A stretch of 64,000 bases of DNA from Octopus sinensis (taxonomy: Eukaryota). The notes below the pieces were generated by a model. That model saw nothing but the letters and a program-made list of their open reading frames with translations. It made no database searches and was not told where the DNA came from. The stretch spans positions 15,686,001 through 15,750,000 of the forward strand of contig NC_042999.1 of the NCBI RefSeq assembly GCF_006345805.1, in the 5' to 3' direction. The translations under genes and the position numbers were made by a program. This document shows positions 10,957 to 23,641 of this stretch, piece after piece (the stretch's first letter is position 1; each line of letters opens with the position of its first letter).

Positions 10957-11954
10957 TGAGTTATCAATGTATATAGTTATTTCCAATGCAAGACAAGACA
11001 TGAATATGTATCGTTCTTGCTTCCCTTTGACTTTTATTCAAAACATAACTAAGATTTCTGTGTAATAATGGTTAAAAGTGAGCAGTACAAATATTTGATG
11101 CCAGAAAAAAAAAACAAATATTTTATATATGGATTTAATTTCAAAATGTTTTTTCTAAAATGATACTACTAGTTTTAAAACTAGAGAGGAATTTTAAAAT
11201 TTGAAGATAAAACTAATGATAAGTTCTTAAAAACAGATATCACTTTTTAAGATTTTTACATAATTCATAGATTCATGTAACTTCAAACATTATTAACAAG
11301 TATTAATTAACCTGAGGTTTACATTAACATAAATGTTATTTGATCACATCAACATTTTAAAACAGTTGCTTTTAATTAAGGTATTTCAATTAATGTTTTA
11401 TTTTTGACACTAAATAACTTTAGGAGATGCCTGAACACACTGCAACATCAGTTTCATTTGAAATTTGATATTATTTTGTAAAATTTAAACACTATTTTCA
11501 ATATGACATCTGAAAGGTATACCATAAGTAATTTCTAAAAGCTGTGGCAAAAGGAAAAAGAGAAATGTTGCTTTTATGTTTAAGGAACTCTCTATAAAGT
11601 AGATTATATTTATAAGCTTTTTATTTCTGTATAAAAATATTCAGAATTACTTTGAAATAATTCAATAAATAATCAATTTAATGTGAACACGTACGAACTT
11701 AAATTCTAAACTTCATCTGAAAAACAGTTGTCTGCTTTTATTAATAATTGTTTCAGAAGTACTTGCTTACCAGTTAGACATTGTCCTTTCTATTGTGCTC
11801 TGATTTTTTCATAAAATCGTATGATCTTTGTTTTGAACTTGCTACCTTTACACCATTTCAAATCCATTTGACATGATTTTGCTTTTCTCAGGGCATATTG
11901 TCTCAATTTCAGGCTACATGGTGTTTAGGGGCCTTTTATTTCCAACACTCTTGG

Positions 11955-12298
11955 GTGGTTTTAGGTTTAGTCTCACTGCATAGCACTGCAGGCAAGTGTC
12001 TTCTACTATAGCCCTAGATTGACCAAAGCCTTGCAAGCGGTTTTGATAGATGGAAACTGAAGGAATCCCTTTGTGTATATGTGTGTGTTGTGTTTATCTC
12101 TCATCACTGTCTACCAACTAGAGTTGGTTTGCTTATGGCCCTGTAACTTAGTGGTTTGGCAAAAGCAATTAACAGAATAAATATCAGTCTTATAAAGAAA
12201 CGAATAAGTACTAGAGTAGATATGTCCAACTAAACCCTTCAAGGAGGTGCCCCAGCAAGGCCACAGTCAAATGACTGAAACAAGTAAAGCATTAAAGA
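11955..12298 (+). mobile_element. SINE family B, diverged
   Basis: The core GCAAGTGTCTTCTACTATAGCC and the end CAGTCAAATGACTGAAACAAGTAAA are present. Confidence 0.8.
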
Positions 12299-12679
12299 TC
12301 AAACACTTTGTACACCCTAGAATTACAACTTGATGAAACTCCAATCATAGCTACATTCCTTCTAAGCCTATGAATCTTCAATAAACCTGCACAACTAGTC
12401 AACAGAAACTACATTCTGTGATTAAACTAAGTGTGCTTAAAATGACTGAATGCCACCCCTTCTCACTGCACTGATAAAGAACAAATAACGGTTTCAAATC
12501 TTGGCACAAAGCCAGCAAGTTCAGGCAGAGGGTAAGCCAATTACATTGACCCAAGTGCTCAACTGGTGACTTATTTTATCGACCCTGAAAAGATGAAAGG
12601 CAAAGCCAGCCTTGGCAAAATTTGAACTCAGGACATAAAGACAGATGAAATGCCAGTAAGCTAATGTGCTAACAATTCT

Positions 12680-12914
12680 TATTTCTTTATTGCTCACAAG
12701 GGGCTAAACATAGAGGGGACAAACAAGGACAGACAAAGGGATTAAGTTGATTACATCAAACCCCAGTGCATAACTGGTACTTTATTTATCAACCCCGAAA
12801 GGATGAAAGGCAAAGTCAACCCCGGCAGAATTTGAACTCAGAATGTAATGGCAGACAAAATACTGCTAAGCATTTTGTGTAGCATGCTAATGTTTCTGCC
12901 AGCTTGCCGCTTTC
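12680..12914 (-). mobile_element. SINE family A, nested in an older relative (about 12490-12950)
   Basis: The TSD AATG(T/G)GCTAACAATTCT lies at 12663-12679 and 12915-12931. The host element resumes after the insertion. Confidence 0.9.
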
Positions 12915-15202
12915 AATGGGCTAACAATTCTGCCAGATCACTGCCTTATAAAGAATAAATATTAAGACCATATGAAGAATAATATTCCAATGGTGTACAA
13001 TTGCATCATAACAAATACTGAGAAACTTAAAGTGAAACTAGGTTAAGTTTTGTGAAGAACATGGAAGAATTCTAATAGAATTTTCTAGACATAAATTTAG
13101 CAATTAAATATGATTAGAATAGTTTGAGATGACCAAAGCTAGTCATTAAATTTTGAAAATTTATGGAGTTTCAATGTTAATCAGATTTACAGAAAAATAA
13201 TTGTAAATTTTTAAAGACATTTAGCAATAAGACTAGAGGATTTGAATGGGAACAAGCTATCTGAAATATTGCTTCTACAATGTAGTGTCTTTGAGAGTCT
13301 TAGCATTTTCAATGGAATATTTTTTCAACAATTTATTGCAAAAACATAAAAAGTGTGGAAAACTGCCGACTGAATTGAATGATTGTATAGAAGATCAATT
13401 TTTAAAATGTAATACTACTTGTTCTATAAACTACCAATATTTATTCTGATCACAATAAAACCTTAAATTATTGTTTTATTTTACATGACAATGCAGCACT
13501 TTATTCTGAAGAATCAAAATATTGTTTGTTTTTTTCCTCAAAGCAGACTAATCAATTGAAGCTAACTTCTACAAAGCAGCATTAAGTAAAATTCTGTGAT
13601 TTCTATAATTTTTTTTCTTCTTCAAAGTCAACAAGGATGCAAAAATACTTTTCCATAATTGCTTTTTTCTATTAATCAATACCGAATGGTTTTTCTTCAC
13701 TTCAATATGAAAACAGTTATATTATGCATAAAAAAAAAGCAGCAATTTTCTTGTATAAAAAATATACATCTTTCTACCAAAAAAGCTTTTCTTATTCCCT
13801 AGTCATATAAGAAATAATTTCTGTTGTTATGGAATTAAAAATCATATGCAAAATCATATGCAAGCACTTACATTGCAAAGATGCTATTGTTTTCATGTAT
13901 AAGCTGGCCATTTATAAAACTTTAACAAGGTCTTTTTCTTTAACAGCATTATAAAATGAAATGATTCCATCCCTGCTTTGAGTATTTAGTATATGAATCA
14001 AAGTAGTTATTTATTTCAAGACCATATGCCTTTAAAAGGACAATGAAACTGACTCAAGTAATTTTAATGTTTTGAAAATACTCATTTTTTAGTCTAAAAA
14101 TTAGTCACTGCCCAAATTTCATTTTAAATTTATTGGAAAAACCAGACCATCCAGTTTAAGGGTAACCAAGAAATTCGATAAATTGATTAACTATATTTCC
14201 AAATTTTAAAGTAACAATGCAAAAAAAAAAAAAAATCTAACAATTTAAGCGTCCAGCATGGACCCTATTCAAGCAAAACTGATTTCCTTTATGAGGTGTT
14301 TTAGAAACAAAAACAACTTTATCTGCTCCACCTCCTCCCAATTATCATCCTCATATCAGCAAGGTTCAGTCCACTTAAGAATAGTAATGTTGGATGTATT
14401 AACCTGATTTGCAAATTCATGTCTCATGCTAATATTACTGAACTGTGTTTACACATTCTAAGAATTGTGTTAAGCTCTTCCATACATTACTTACCAAAAA
14501 AGATATATGTTCACTGAACTTACATAGAATTTAAAAAATAAGTTACAATGTATATTTCACACTAACGGTAAATGACTAAAAATTTAATATTTACTAATGA
14601 GTGTGATCAGTCATTTTGCATGAATGATATTAAATTTGCTTGTACCAAATAAAAAATAATGCTGTTTACTAGACAATCAAATAATACATCCTGCTTATAA
14701 AAAAGTATATCTGCTTAGAATTATAATCTAAAACCATTGCAAGTTTTTTTCTCACTAACAAATAATTACAAAATTCATATCTGATAACAGAGTCTCCAAA
14801 AGTATACTGAACTTATATTAAGACTAACAAAAGATTAATATGAAAAACTTTAGATATATTAATTTATTGCTATGGATATTATAACTATTATTATCTTTAA
14901 AATAGGAAATACTTTATCAAAAATGGGCTTTAATTAACTTATAAAATATATCCATTATCATAAGTTCTCATCAACTAGCATGTCTCTCAAATAAGCGTAT
15001 TTTTAATGGGTCCTAGCTTCAGTAATGGATACAAGAGAGATATACTTATTACTTAATTTCATATACTGATAACATTTTTTAAAAAATTCATAGATTTTTA
15101 CTGAGCGATGAAAAATTTTAATTCTAAAGGCAAGTATACATAACAGCAAAAATATTTGAAATGAGCCAATATATTAAAAATAAAGAAAAATAAATAATTT
15201 AC

Positions 15203-15220
15203 CTGTCTTCCAGGTTAGAA
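15203..15220 (-). CDS. Candidate 18-nt micro-exon TTCTAACCTGGAAGACAG
   Basis: The acceptor is cctgattttttttcAG and the donor is AG|GTAAAT. The length is a multiple of 3 and it is open in phase 1 (VLTWKT) and phase 2 (SNLED). Confidence 0.35.
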
Positions 15221-16424
15221 CTGAAAAAAAATCAGGAAATTTATTCTCTTAAAATGTTCTATTTACATATATATATATAGATATAAAAATTCGAGAGCAT
15301 TTAGTTTAGAACTTTGTTACTTATGTTGTGGAGCAATCAGAGCTCTAAAACGTAGAAAATATCAGCAACAATTTCACTTGAAGCATGTCATATTTATAAC
15401 TATTAACAAGTTTTATAATTATCTGGGAGTTCTATTTGGAGGTTTAAATAATTTAATAATGGTTTTTTTAACATCATTGTGAAATGAAATGGATTAATTT
15501 CTTCAAATAGTTTAAATATACATGACTGAAATTAATTAGAGTTCATGAGTGACTGAACGAATTGATCATGTGAATAAATTTAATTTACATATAATAACAA
15601 CATATTTTGTGACTTAATTAAATTTGTTACAGCGAATTCTAAAAGTTTAATTATATGCTGTATGAAAAATTTCATTTTAAAATTTAAGTACAGTGATTTT
15701 AATATTGCATATCAGTGAATGAAATATTCTCGTTAGAAAGAACCTTAATATGATTAGCAACATCTGTTGCATTGATTTTTTAATGAGATCTCCACTATAG
15801 CATAGATTAATACCAGGATACTGAAAGTTTATAATTAAATGAAAAGTGTCAACCATTTTTTAAATTAATCTATTTGAGATTAAAATAATCTGAACATTGA
15901 TAATATTTAGCAGTCATAAAAATACCATGAAATCATTTTTATAAGCTTTTGCATATCGAATGATTAAATACATTTTATGATTATTTTTATTATATTTTTT
16001 TAGATACAATGGGGTGGGTTTTTTTTTTCTTTTTCATTTTTCCTCTCACTATATAAATTATGATTTTCATTCATCACTGGATATTTTAATGAATACAATC
16101 TTTGAAACATTTCACAAATTTAAGTTAATTAAAGAATAAATTTTAAACAAACATTTAGATGGAATATATGAAACAGATGATTTTCTTGATTTGATTAGAA
16201 AAATAAGGAAATACAGAAAGAAATGGCCAACACTGCTCAAGCAAAATAGTGTGAATTGTCAATAATCCAAGATGAAACTTGATATAAATTAGGCTTTAAT
16301 TTGCTAAATCTTCTATTGACATGAATTAGCAGACTTTAGCTACAGCAGCAGCAGCAGCAGTAGGAAGTAATTGCGTCATCTTGTGGAAAATCAATCATTT
16401 CTATTGTTATTATGATACCACATT

Positions 16425-16870
16425 AGTGCAGACATGGTTTTGTGATAAGAAGTTCACTTCATAACCCTGTACGTTTAGATTTGGTTGTGGATTACTTTGG
16501 ACCTGTCTTACATCTATAACCCCACATTTATCAATGCCTTATGAGTGTTTTTTTCTTTACATAGAAAGTGTAGGAATCATTTCATATATATGTATAAATG
16601 TATGTGTGTGTGTGTGTGTGCTTGTGTGCATATATTTGTATGTATAGTAATATTGCTATCCCATGACTTTAATGGAGTGAAGCAGCAAATGATGTTTATA
16701 TTCCTTATGGACATTATGCCCAGTCTTCCTGCACTTTTGAAGGTCAGTGAAATATAAAAAAAAATTTATTTCTTACTTGAAAAACAAGTAAAGTTTGACA
16801 ATAGGAAGAGAATTTAGCCATAAAATCAAGCCTCAAATATATCTTCATCTAACTTATCCTAGCAGGGGAA
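16425..16870 (+). mobile_element. Old family-B-headed SINE with an RTE-like tail
   Basis: It has a degenerate B head, a GT tract, and GACAATAGGAAGAGAATTTAGCCATAAAA, which resembles the RTE tail core. Confidence 0.5.
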
Positions 16871-17758
16871 AAAATTAACATTAAATGAATGAACAAATTA
16901 TTTCCATACAACTATTACCCACTCCACAATATAAAACTACACATGTACAATTTTTAAATATTTAAAAGTATAATCATACATTTTGAAGTGTAACCATATT
17001 TTTCAATAGGTCTTTGAATGCCAGTTCAAGAAGTGTATACAGTTCACTATTTTATAGAATTTGACTGGATTGCTGTGGGGATCTGATTCTAATATTTCAA
17101 CTTCTTTGAAGAGTTATACAGTTGTTATTATAATGGATGAGCATTTTTATACATGAGAAAATTTAGGTTTCTGCTAAAAGTTGAAGCAATGCTCATGAGG
17201 TGTTGAGTGTGAAGATGTAGAAAATAAGGTTTGCATTGAATGTAAAGCATCAAGTAAAACAGATAACTATGTAGGGGTTGGCACATTTTAAGATTCTAGA
17301 GTCAATACCATGTTTTGTTTTTGTTTTTTTTCCACAAGAAACCAAATTAAAATTCACAGTACCAACTTTGTTAGAGTGGTAGGGAGTCAAGTGTCTAATT
17401 GGGAAACCTCTAGCATGTAAGAAAGACTTCAATAAAGATGCCAAGGAAGTGGTTTGTTGATCTGAGTTGATATATTCAGGTAAATCAAAAACAAAAAAAT
17501 ACAAGTAGACAAACTCGAAATGAGAGTCAATGCAGAAATGTTGCAACTATAGAAAGCAAACGGAAAACTGGAAATCCATTGATTACACTCAGACATTTAT
17601 AACTTGGTGGTGAAGGTAAAAGTCCCTTAAAAATTAATACTTTTTACTGTAAATGGAATGAATACAGCTGATGAGCTGATGTAATGCTGGATAGTTACTG
17701 TGGATTTAATTTTTTGACAAATATGGCATCCAGAAACAATACATATAATATTACTCAC

Positions 17759-17820
17759 CAAATGTAGAACATTTTGTACTTGAACAAACAAAATATGTCA
17801 GCCCCATATTACAAAAGTTT
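17759..17820 (-). CDS. Candidate 62-nt exon, phase 2 to phase 1: (R)NFCNMGLTYFVCSSTKCSTF
   Basis: It has a pyrimidine-rich acceptor (cttcacccatctctccAG) and a strong donor (G|GTGAGT). The start phase matches the end phase of exon 23419-23641. No homology support. Confidence 0.35.
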
Positions 17821-18439
17821 CTGGAGAGATGGGTGAAGTTCTAAGAAGTTGTTCTGTAAATCAGAACTCCTGGTACATCTTTGGCAACATTAAGGGATCC
17901 AGGAAGCAGTAAAATTTTGTAATAGAATGTATGGGTTCTAATCACCAACTTGGTATTTTCTCACTTCTAATATTATTTTTGTGTTTTATATTAAACATAT
18001 AAACTATGGATTTCTGATCAGTGAGTTGTGTAAATCATCTACATAAATGAAAGTGGGACATGTTCTGACAGTCTCAACTACTGCAAAAATCTCGTTCTTC
18101 CCTTGTACAATATTTTTCTCTCAAAATTTAGTGATCAAGAAAATAATGCTATAAGCCTATCATTTTAATAAAGAGTAGCTCTGAAGGCAGCTTAAGAAAC
18201 GTCAGGTTTGACAGTAAGTGGTATATATTCACCTACTTCATCTTCGACAGACTCCTTAATAGCTGCTTTTAATTCACTTTTTTCTCTGAGTGCCAAAACT
18301 GAACATTGATAGAGAGAGAGGTAAAGAAACCACTGAGAATAAAATGCTAATAGACCCAAATAAAGATTATTTAGTGGGTACAGAAGCATTTCTTTTAATG
18401 AAGTTAAATGCAAAGAGAATACACTTTGTTATAGTTAAT

Positions 18440-18878
18440 TTAGTCAGCAGACATGACTATGTGGTTAAGAAGTTCACTTTCTAACCATGCAGTTTTGTTC
18501 TACCATTTGGTACTTTGGGCAGGTTTCTTCTATTATAAACCCAGATAAACTAAAGCCTTATGGGTGGATTTGGTAGACAGAAACTGGAGGCAATCGTTTA
18601 TATTTTGTGTTTATGTATGCGTGTTTGTCTTCTTGTGTTGACATCACATGATGGTTGCAAAGAAGAATCACTGTCATATTGGAAGAGTCCCTCATTTTCC
18701 ATCTTCTGTGAATGCATTCTCTGGCCATCGGAAAATATTACTTTGCTTGGAAACTAGTGAGAGTTGGTGACAAGAATGGCATCTGGATGCAGAATTCTAT
18801 CAGACCCATACAAGCATGGCAAAGTGGACACTGGTGAGAATGGTGGTAGTTTTGATGATGATGATGATGATGATGAAT
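18440..18878 (+). mobile_element. Composite SINE: family B head plus RTE-type 3' tail
   Basis: A B-type head and core are followed by GTTGGTGACAAGAATGGCATCTGG...CCCATACAAGCATGG and (GAT)n. Confidence 0.65.
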
Positions 18879-19399
18879 TTGATAACATAGTATACAGACA
18901 GAGTCAATCAAAAATGTACATATATTATTCTTCAGACTAATGAACAACTTTCAAGAATACAGATAAACTTTTATGTTCCTCTTTGGTATCACCATATATG
19001 GTAAAGTCATCTAAATAGGACTATATGCCTTCCAATTCATTTTTCTGAATACAATTTTCCTATAATTCATTGAAAATACACGACACAATTTGTAAAACTT
19101 AATGTAACTAAGATAACCATTACAAAGATATTTAAATTGTAGTAATAATTGTCTGCCTCAAAAATGGTAAATACTCTCTTACCAAACTGTATTGCCACTT
19201 ACTGATATGCACTACATAAAACAAGATTATGAAATAAATTTGCAAGAAGATATTTTGTTAATTAAGCTTCAAAGAAGGTGAACTTATTAATAGTTTTGAA
19301 ATAGTCAGGCTATTAAATTCCTTTCACTGTTACTTTTAATGACATGTACTTCTTGTACTTCTATTCAGGATAAATGACTTCACTCAATAATATCTTCAT

Positions 19400-20300
19400 T
19401 GGGCATTCTATTCACTTCTGGTAGAATGAAATAAGTATCAGATGATTTATATTTAGATTAGAGAAGACTTTTCAAGAAGCCAGAGAGAAAATCTCCAAGT
19501 CCTATTGGGAGACAGATTCTATTTTGAATGTTTGCACAGAAATACCATGGAAAATGCTGGTCTTTTATCTCTAATTCTAGATAAGAATATTTCTTGATTG
19601 ACACAGTCAATATGACTGAAACTATTAATACATCATATTCTTAGAGTCTTTAGTCAGCAACTTGGCGAGGTTTGCAGAATAAATTGTGTCAATGAGTCCT
19701 TTTAGAGAAGTTCCATAAACAATTCGGTCAACCGTAGCAGCTTAACAAATGCCACAGAAATACTGGAAGTGCTAACTTGTTCTTTTTAGATTTGACAGCC
19801 CTTTAAAAACATCATCTTTCTTTTGATATTCACAAAACAAATAGTATCATAGGCTAGATATTTGAAGGCATGATGCTGGTGAAAATTCCTGTAGATACAG
19901 CATCTCTGATCCAGATAAGATGCAGCTTTACAAAAGACATCCTTATGGAGAACTGATTTGCTTCATTATTTAAAATTTCTTTTCTAACAACTTTAGTGGA
20001 GATTACTGAGCAGTTTTTAACTCGTAGAGAAGTGTCATAATTTTGAGAATCTTTCATAGCTATTTGACTGAAGTAAAAACTGGAGTTTTGTTTTCTTCAC
20101 TAGACTGAATCATGAATACATTTGCCGTTGTACATTTCAGCCATGAGACTTTTGATGTTACAGTCTATGATGCGATTTTGAAAAACTACTGTAATCAAGA
20201 ATAAACTCCATGATCAATTCTTTGATTCTCTGACAGTCATGTGCTACGATTTCATTGACTTTCTTTTTTCTTAAGCTGATAAAATGTTATTGTAGGTGGT
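19400..20300 (-). pseudogene. Possible decayed Penelope-like RT fragment
   Basis: With frameshifts it gives YVD(E)L-like, IDTIYSANL, YLELEIK, DKR and FLC-NIQNRI-IG-EI, in the order expected for a Penelope RT C-terminal region. It is heavily degenerate. Confidence 0.35.
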
Positions 20301-22149
20301 GCACTTACAAATAGTGTCAACATTTTAGTGAGGAATAGAATTCACAAGGAGTCTTGGATAAAAGTCACTAGTTGCTTCCTAAGTAACTCTATACTCTGAA
20401 AATATAAAAAGCCAACGCTTAATGATGTATAAAGCCTCAGAACGTGTCAGTACCACACTGAACTTTTAGGGTCATAGTCCAAATTTTATACTGATAATAG
20501 CAGTTTTGGTAAATTAACTTGATGTGTGAATGACCCAAGATGAAAATTAGTTTAAATCAAACTTTAATTTACTAAAAGTATCACTGACATCTATGGCTTG
20601 CTGTAGAGATAGGAGTTCACAAGAGTAAGTATAGCAGTAGTAGTCAGTAGTAACTGTAGTATCATATAGAGATACAACCATTACTGTTGTTATTATAATA
20701 CAGCATTACTTCGATAGGGTTATTACAGAATGATAGGAAAGAAGCAAGAGAGTGACAATAAGGAAAATTAGAGAACAAGAAGTAGTAAAACGTGAGAGAA
20801 AGAGATAGGTAGTTGCACAATGCCTAAAAGATAGGACTTCAGAGAGAACAGTAACTAAATAAGCTCCAAAGTAATGTTACTCCACTTTCTTTTTGTAATT
20901 TCTGTACAAGTGATGACATCACACACATACACACACTCATGCACACACACGTGCATACACACACACACAATGTTGCATTTAACAAATTAATGCCTAAAAG
21001 TATATGAAGCATATTCTAAGTATTGTTTTAATCATTTACTTTGTTATTCCATTAATTCTCTCATGTGAAGGATATCATTAGTTTTAATTCTAAACTCACA
21101 AGTAATATAGCTAGCAATTTTAGTTTGAAAGAAGTCTATTGTAAGAAAAATAGTTTCAATCTGTTGAAATGGATGATTACATTTCTTTACATTTTTGTTG
21201 AATACACTTAAATAACTAATAATGTATGAAAAATCTTCAAAAGATTTCTTTTTTTCTAAATATAAGAAGAGTTATTTGTGAAATCTAAGCAAGGAAGAAA
21301 GAAAAACACAGAAAATTGAACTAAAGTAAGCTATAAAGTTCACTTTGATTTAAATAAGCTATAAAGCTTACTTTGGTTATAAATTTACTACTTTTTCTCA
21401 TAGAAACATAAAATGGTATAAAGAGAATTAAAAGAAAGCATATCTAGAAGTTGTTTAAGAAAAAAAAGTTTCCCCAACTTTATAATAAAGTGTGTCATAA
21501 AACGACCTGAAGTATAAAAGAAGAAATATATAGGGGATAGATGCATTTACTGGTGGCTGGATTTGTAGAAAAATAAAGACAATTTTAATTTTCATTTGAG
21601 TGGGGGTCAACAAAATATGGCCCCTATAATTACTTCAGTTGATTCGATGAACTATATCCAAAGCCTTCATAAAAATGTTTCTCTGCTTAAATAAGAAAGC
21701 AATAATAAGCTTCAATATTAATTTTATTCAGAATGATGAAAAATATATACAGAAAGTAAAATGAAAAAAGAAAAAAGTTGTTATTGTCTTTTTTAAAATA
21801 AAAACTGTAAAAAGTATAAAATGAAAATAAATTACTTCAGTATTTTTTTATTATTGCTATCAGACGATTTATGTACTGAAGACAAAGAGAGTGGAAGTTA
21901 ACAGTGTGAAACAGATAAGGAAAGTATAAAGATGAGAGAGACAATAAAAAGAAAACAATAAAATGAGACCAACTCAATGAAAGAAGAAAGATAAATTTAT
22001 TTTCTTAGAGAACTTGTTTCAATCATTTAATATAAACTTAGAAATATAATCGGAAAATTCCATGCAGCTGATTAGTTTTTAAATTTTCTTTCTTTAAAAC
22101 AGAGGTTTCAGTTAGAATACAATCTTCATTTGTCTATTATACTGGATGA

Positions 22150-23260
22150 TGACTATGGCATCATTTTATGCATATGTCTAAGAGTTGTCGACAATTCCAA
22201 CGCAGATAGCTTTTGAGAGAGTGCTTGCCAAGACATGTGAGTGTGTCAATGGTTTGAAGAGTATGATCTTTCATTATAAAAGCAGGTGGTGAAATAATAT
22301 TCCTTGTGAGGTGCTGGTTGGTACATCAGTTTTCTTTTTGTACAGATGGTGAGGCCAAAGTCATAGAAGGCAGAAAAGGATAAGTTATACACTGCTGCAT
22401 CTCAGACTCTGGGCCTGCACCAACGGTCTCTCATGACTTTCATTTAATGCTAAAGGCTTTTAGGTAGATCATTAAGGTATCTGTGTAGTGCTTGCACTGT
22501 CCACTGCCCAAACATTCCACAACTACCAACTCAATGTAGAAACGATATTTTGGAAGCTGTTCATCATCCACTCTGGCGATGTGACCAGACAAGTGCAACT
22601 AGGTCTCACGCAGGAAAGTGGGAATGCATACTGGTTAGTACAAATGCGTTTGGACAACTTGGTGTCTGGGAACTTGTGCAGCCAATGAATTTGCAGTATT
22701 TTAGACTGACAACTCAGACGAAAATTCATTAGGCTTCTTTACAAGCCTGCTATAAACAGACCATATTTTACAGGATAAAATTTTGAAAAACAACAGCTTT
22801 TGTAGATTTTCATCTTGGTTTAGCTGTTGAGCCCTCACACATCAAAACATTCTTACGAAGTGTACTGAGGGTAACACTGGCTTCGGTATTTCTGTAACTG
22901 ACTTCAACGTTGTATTTCTGAAAGGAGTACTGCCAAGGTAGGTGAATGTTTCAATGATCAGTAGAGCCCAATTTTTGAGTGTAGGTGCGAGTACCACATG
23001 TTCCTTGTGAAGGAATGGTTAATAACTGGCTTTAGTTTCTGAGCAGATAATGAGGTCAGATTCATAGAATACAGAGAAGAACCTGTTCATGTGCTGCTGC
23101 ATCTCAGACTCTGAGTCTGCATTGAGAGCAGTCATTCATAAACAGGAACTCACACACTGTGTCCTCCTCCATCTTAGAGTCATCCAGGAGTCTTTTCAGG
23201 TTGAAGAACTTCTCAATTCACAATCATATGGTGAAGCCATCCTCATCTTGAAATCCATAA
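22150..23260 (-). pseudogene. Decayed RTE (BovB-like) RT/C-terminal relic
   Basis: Fragments include KFFNLKRLLDDSK, ETFTYLGST and GQCKHYTDTL (cf. GGQKKRYKDTLK), interrupted by stops and frameshifts. Confidence 0.7.
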
Positions 23261-23418
23261 GTTAGCATGAATTAGAACACAATAAGAATTATCCAAATAT
23301 GCATATTAAAAAAATTACAATAAATCAATAAATATGTTAGTAAACATTCAAATACTGATATATTTTTTTAATAATTGTCTACTGTAAAATATAGAAGAAA
23401 TTATAATTATTTTCTGAC

Positions 23419-23641
23419 CTGGATATTGGACAGCCAACAATTCTGTTAAGCATTACTGTGGTGTTCATGGTTTCAATATCTTTAACAATGACATTAGTAA
23501 AACCTATTACTTCTTCTAGAAGAATGTTCAAGACATGACTGACAATTTGATGCGATGCCCTCATGCTGCTCTCAATTACAATTGGAGCTTTATGGTTGTT
23601 TGCATTGTTCTGAAAGCTTCGTCGATAACGAGCCATTAAAT
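23419..23641 (-). CDS. Internal coding exon (223 nt, phase 1 to phase 2) of a minus-strand host gene; resembles the N-terminus of a type II periplasmic-binding (ProX/OpuAC-like) domain
   Basis: The acceptor is ctatttattttcAG and the donor is AG|GTCAGA. The frame is open: (D)LMARYRRSFQNNANNHKAPIVIESSMRASHQIVSHVLNILLEEVIGFTNVIVKDIETMNTTVMLNRIVGCPIS(R), with non-repetitive protein-like composition. The I-x-I...S-H-x-I...ILLEE-x-IG pattern recalls the first strand and helix of betaine-binding domains. The family call is from memory of motifs only. Confidence 0.7.

Noticed and set aside
11769-11800. Strong minus-strand donor CTG|GTAAGC
   Set aside because: All three frames hit a stop within about 35 nt upstream, and there is no pyrimidine-rich acceptor in a compatible phase.
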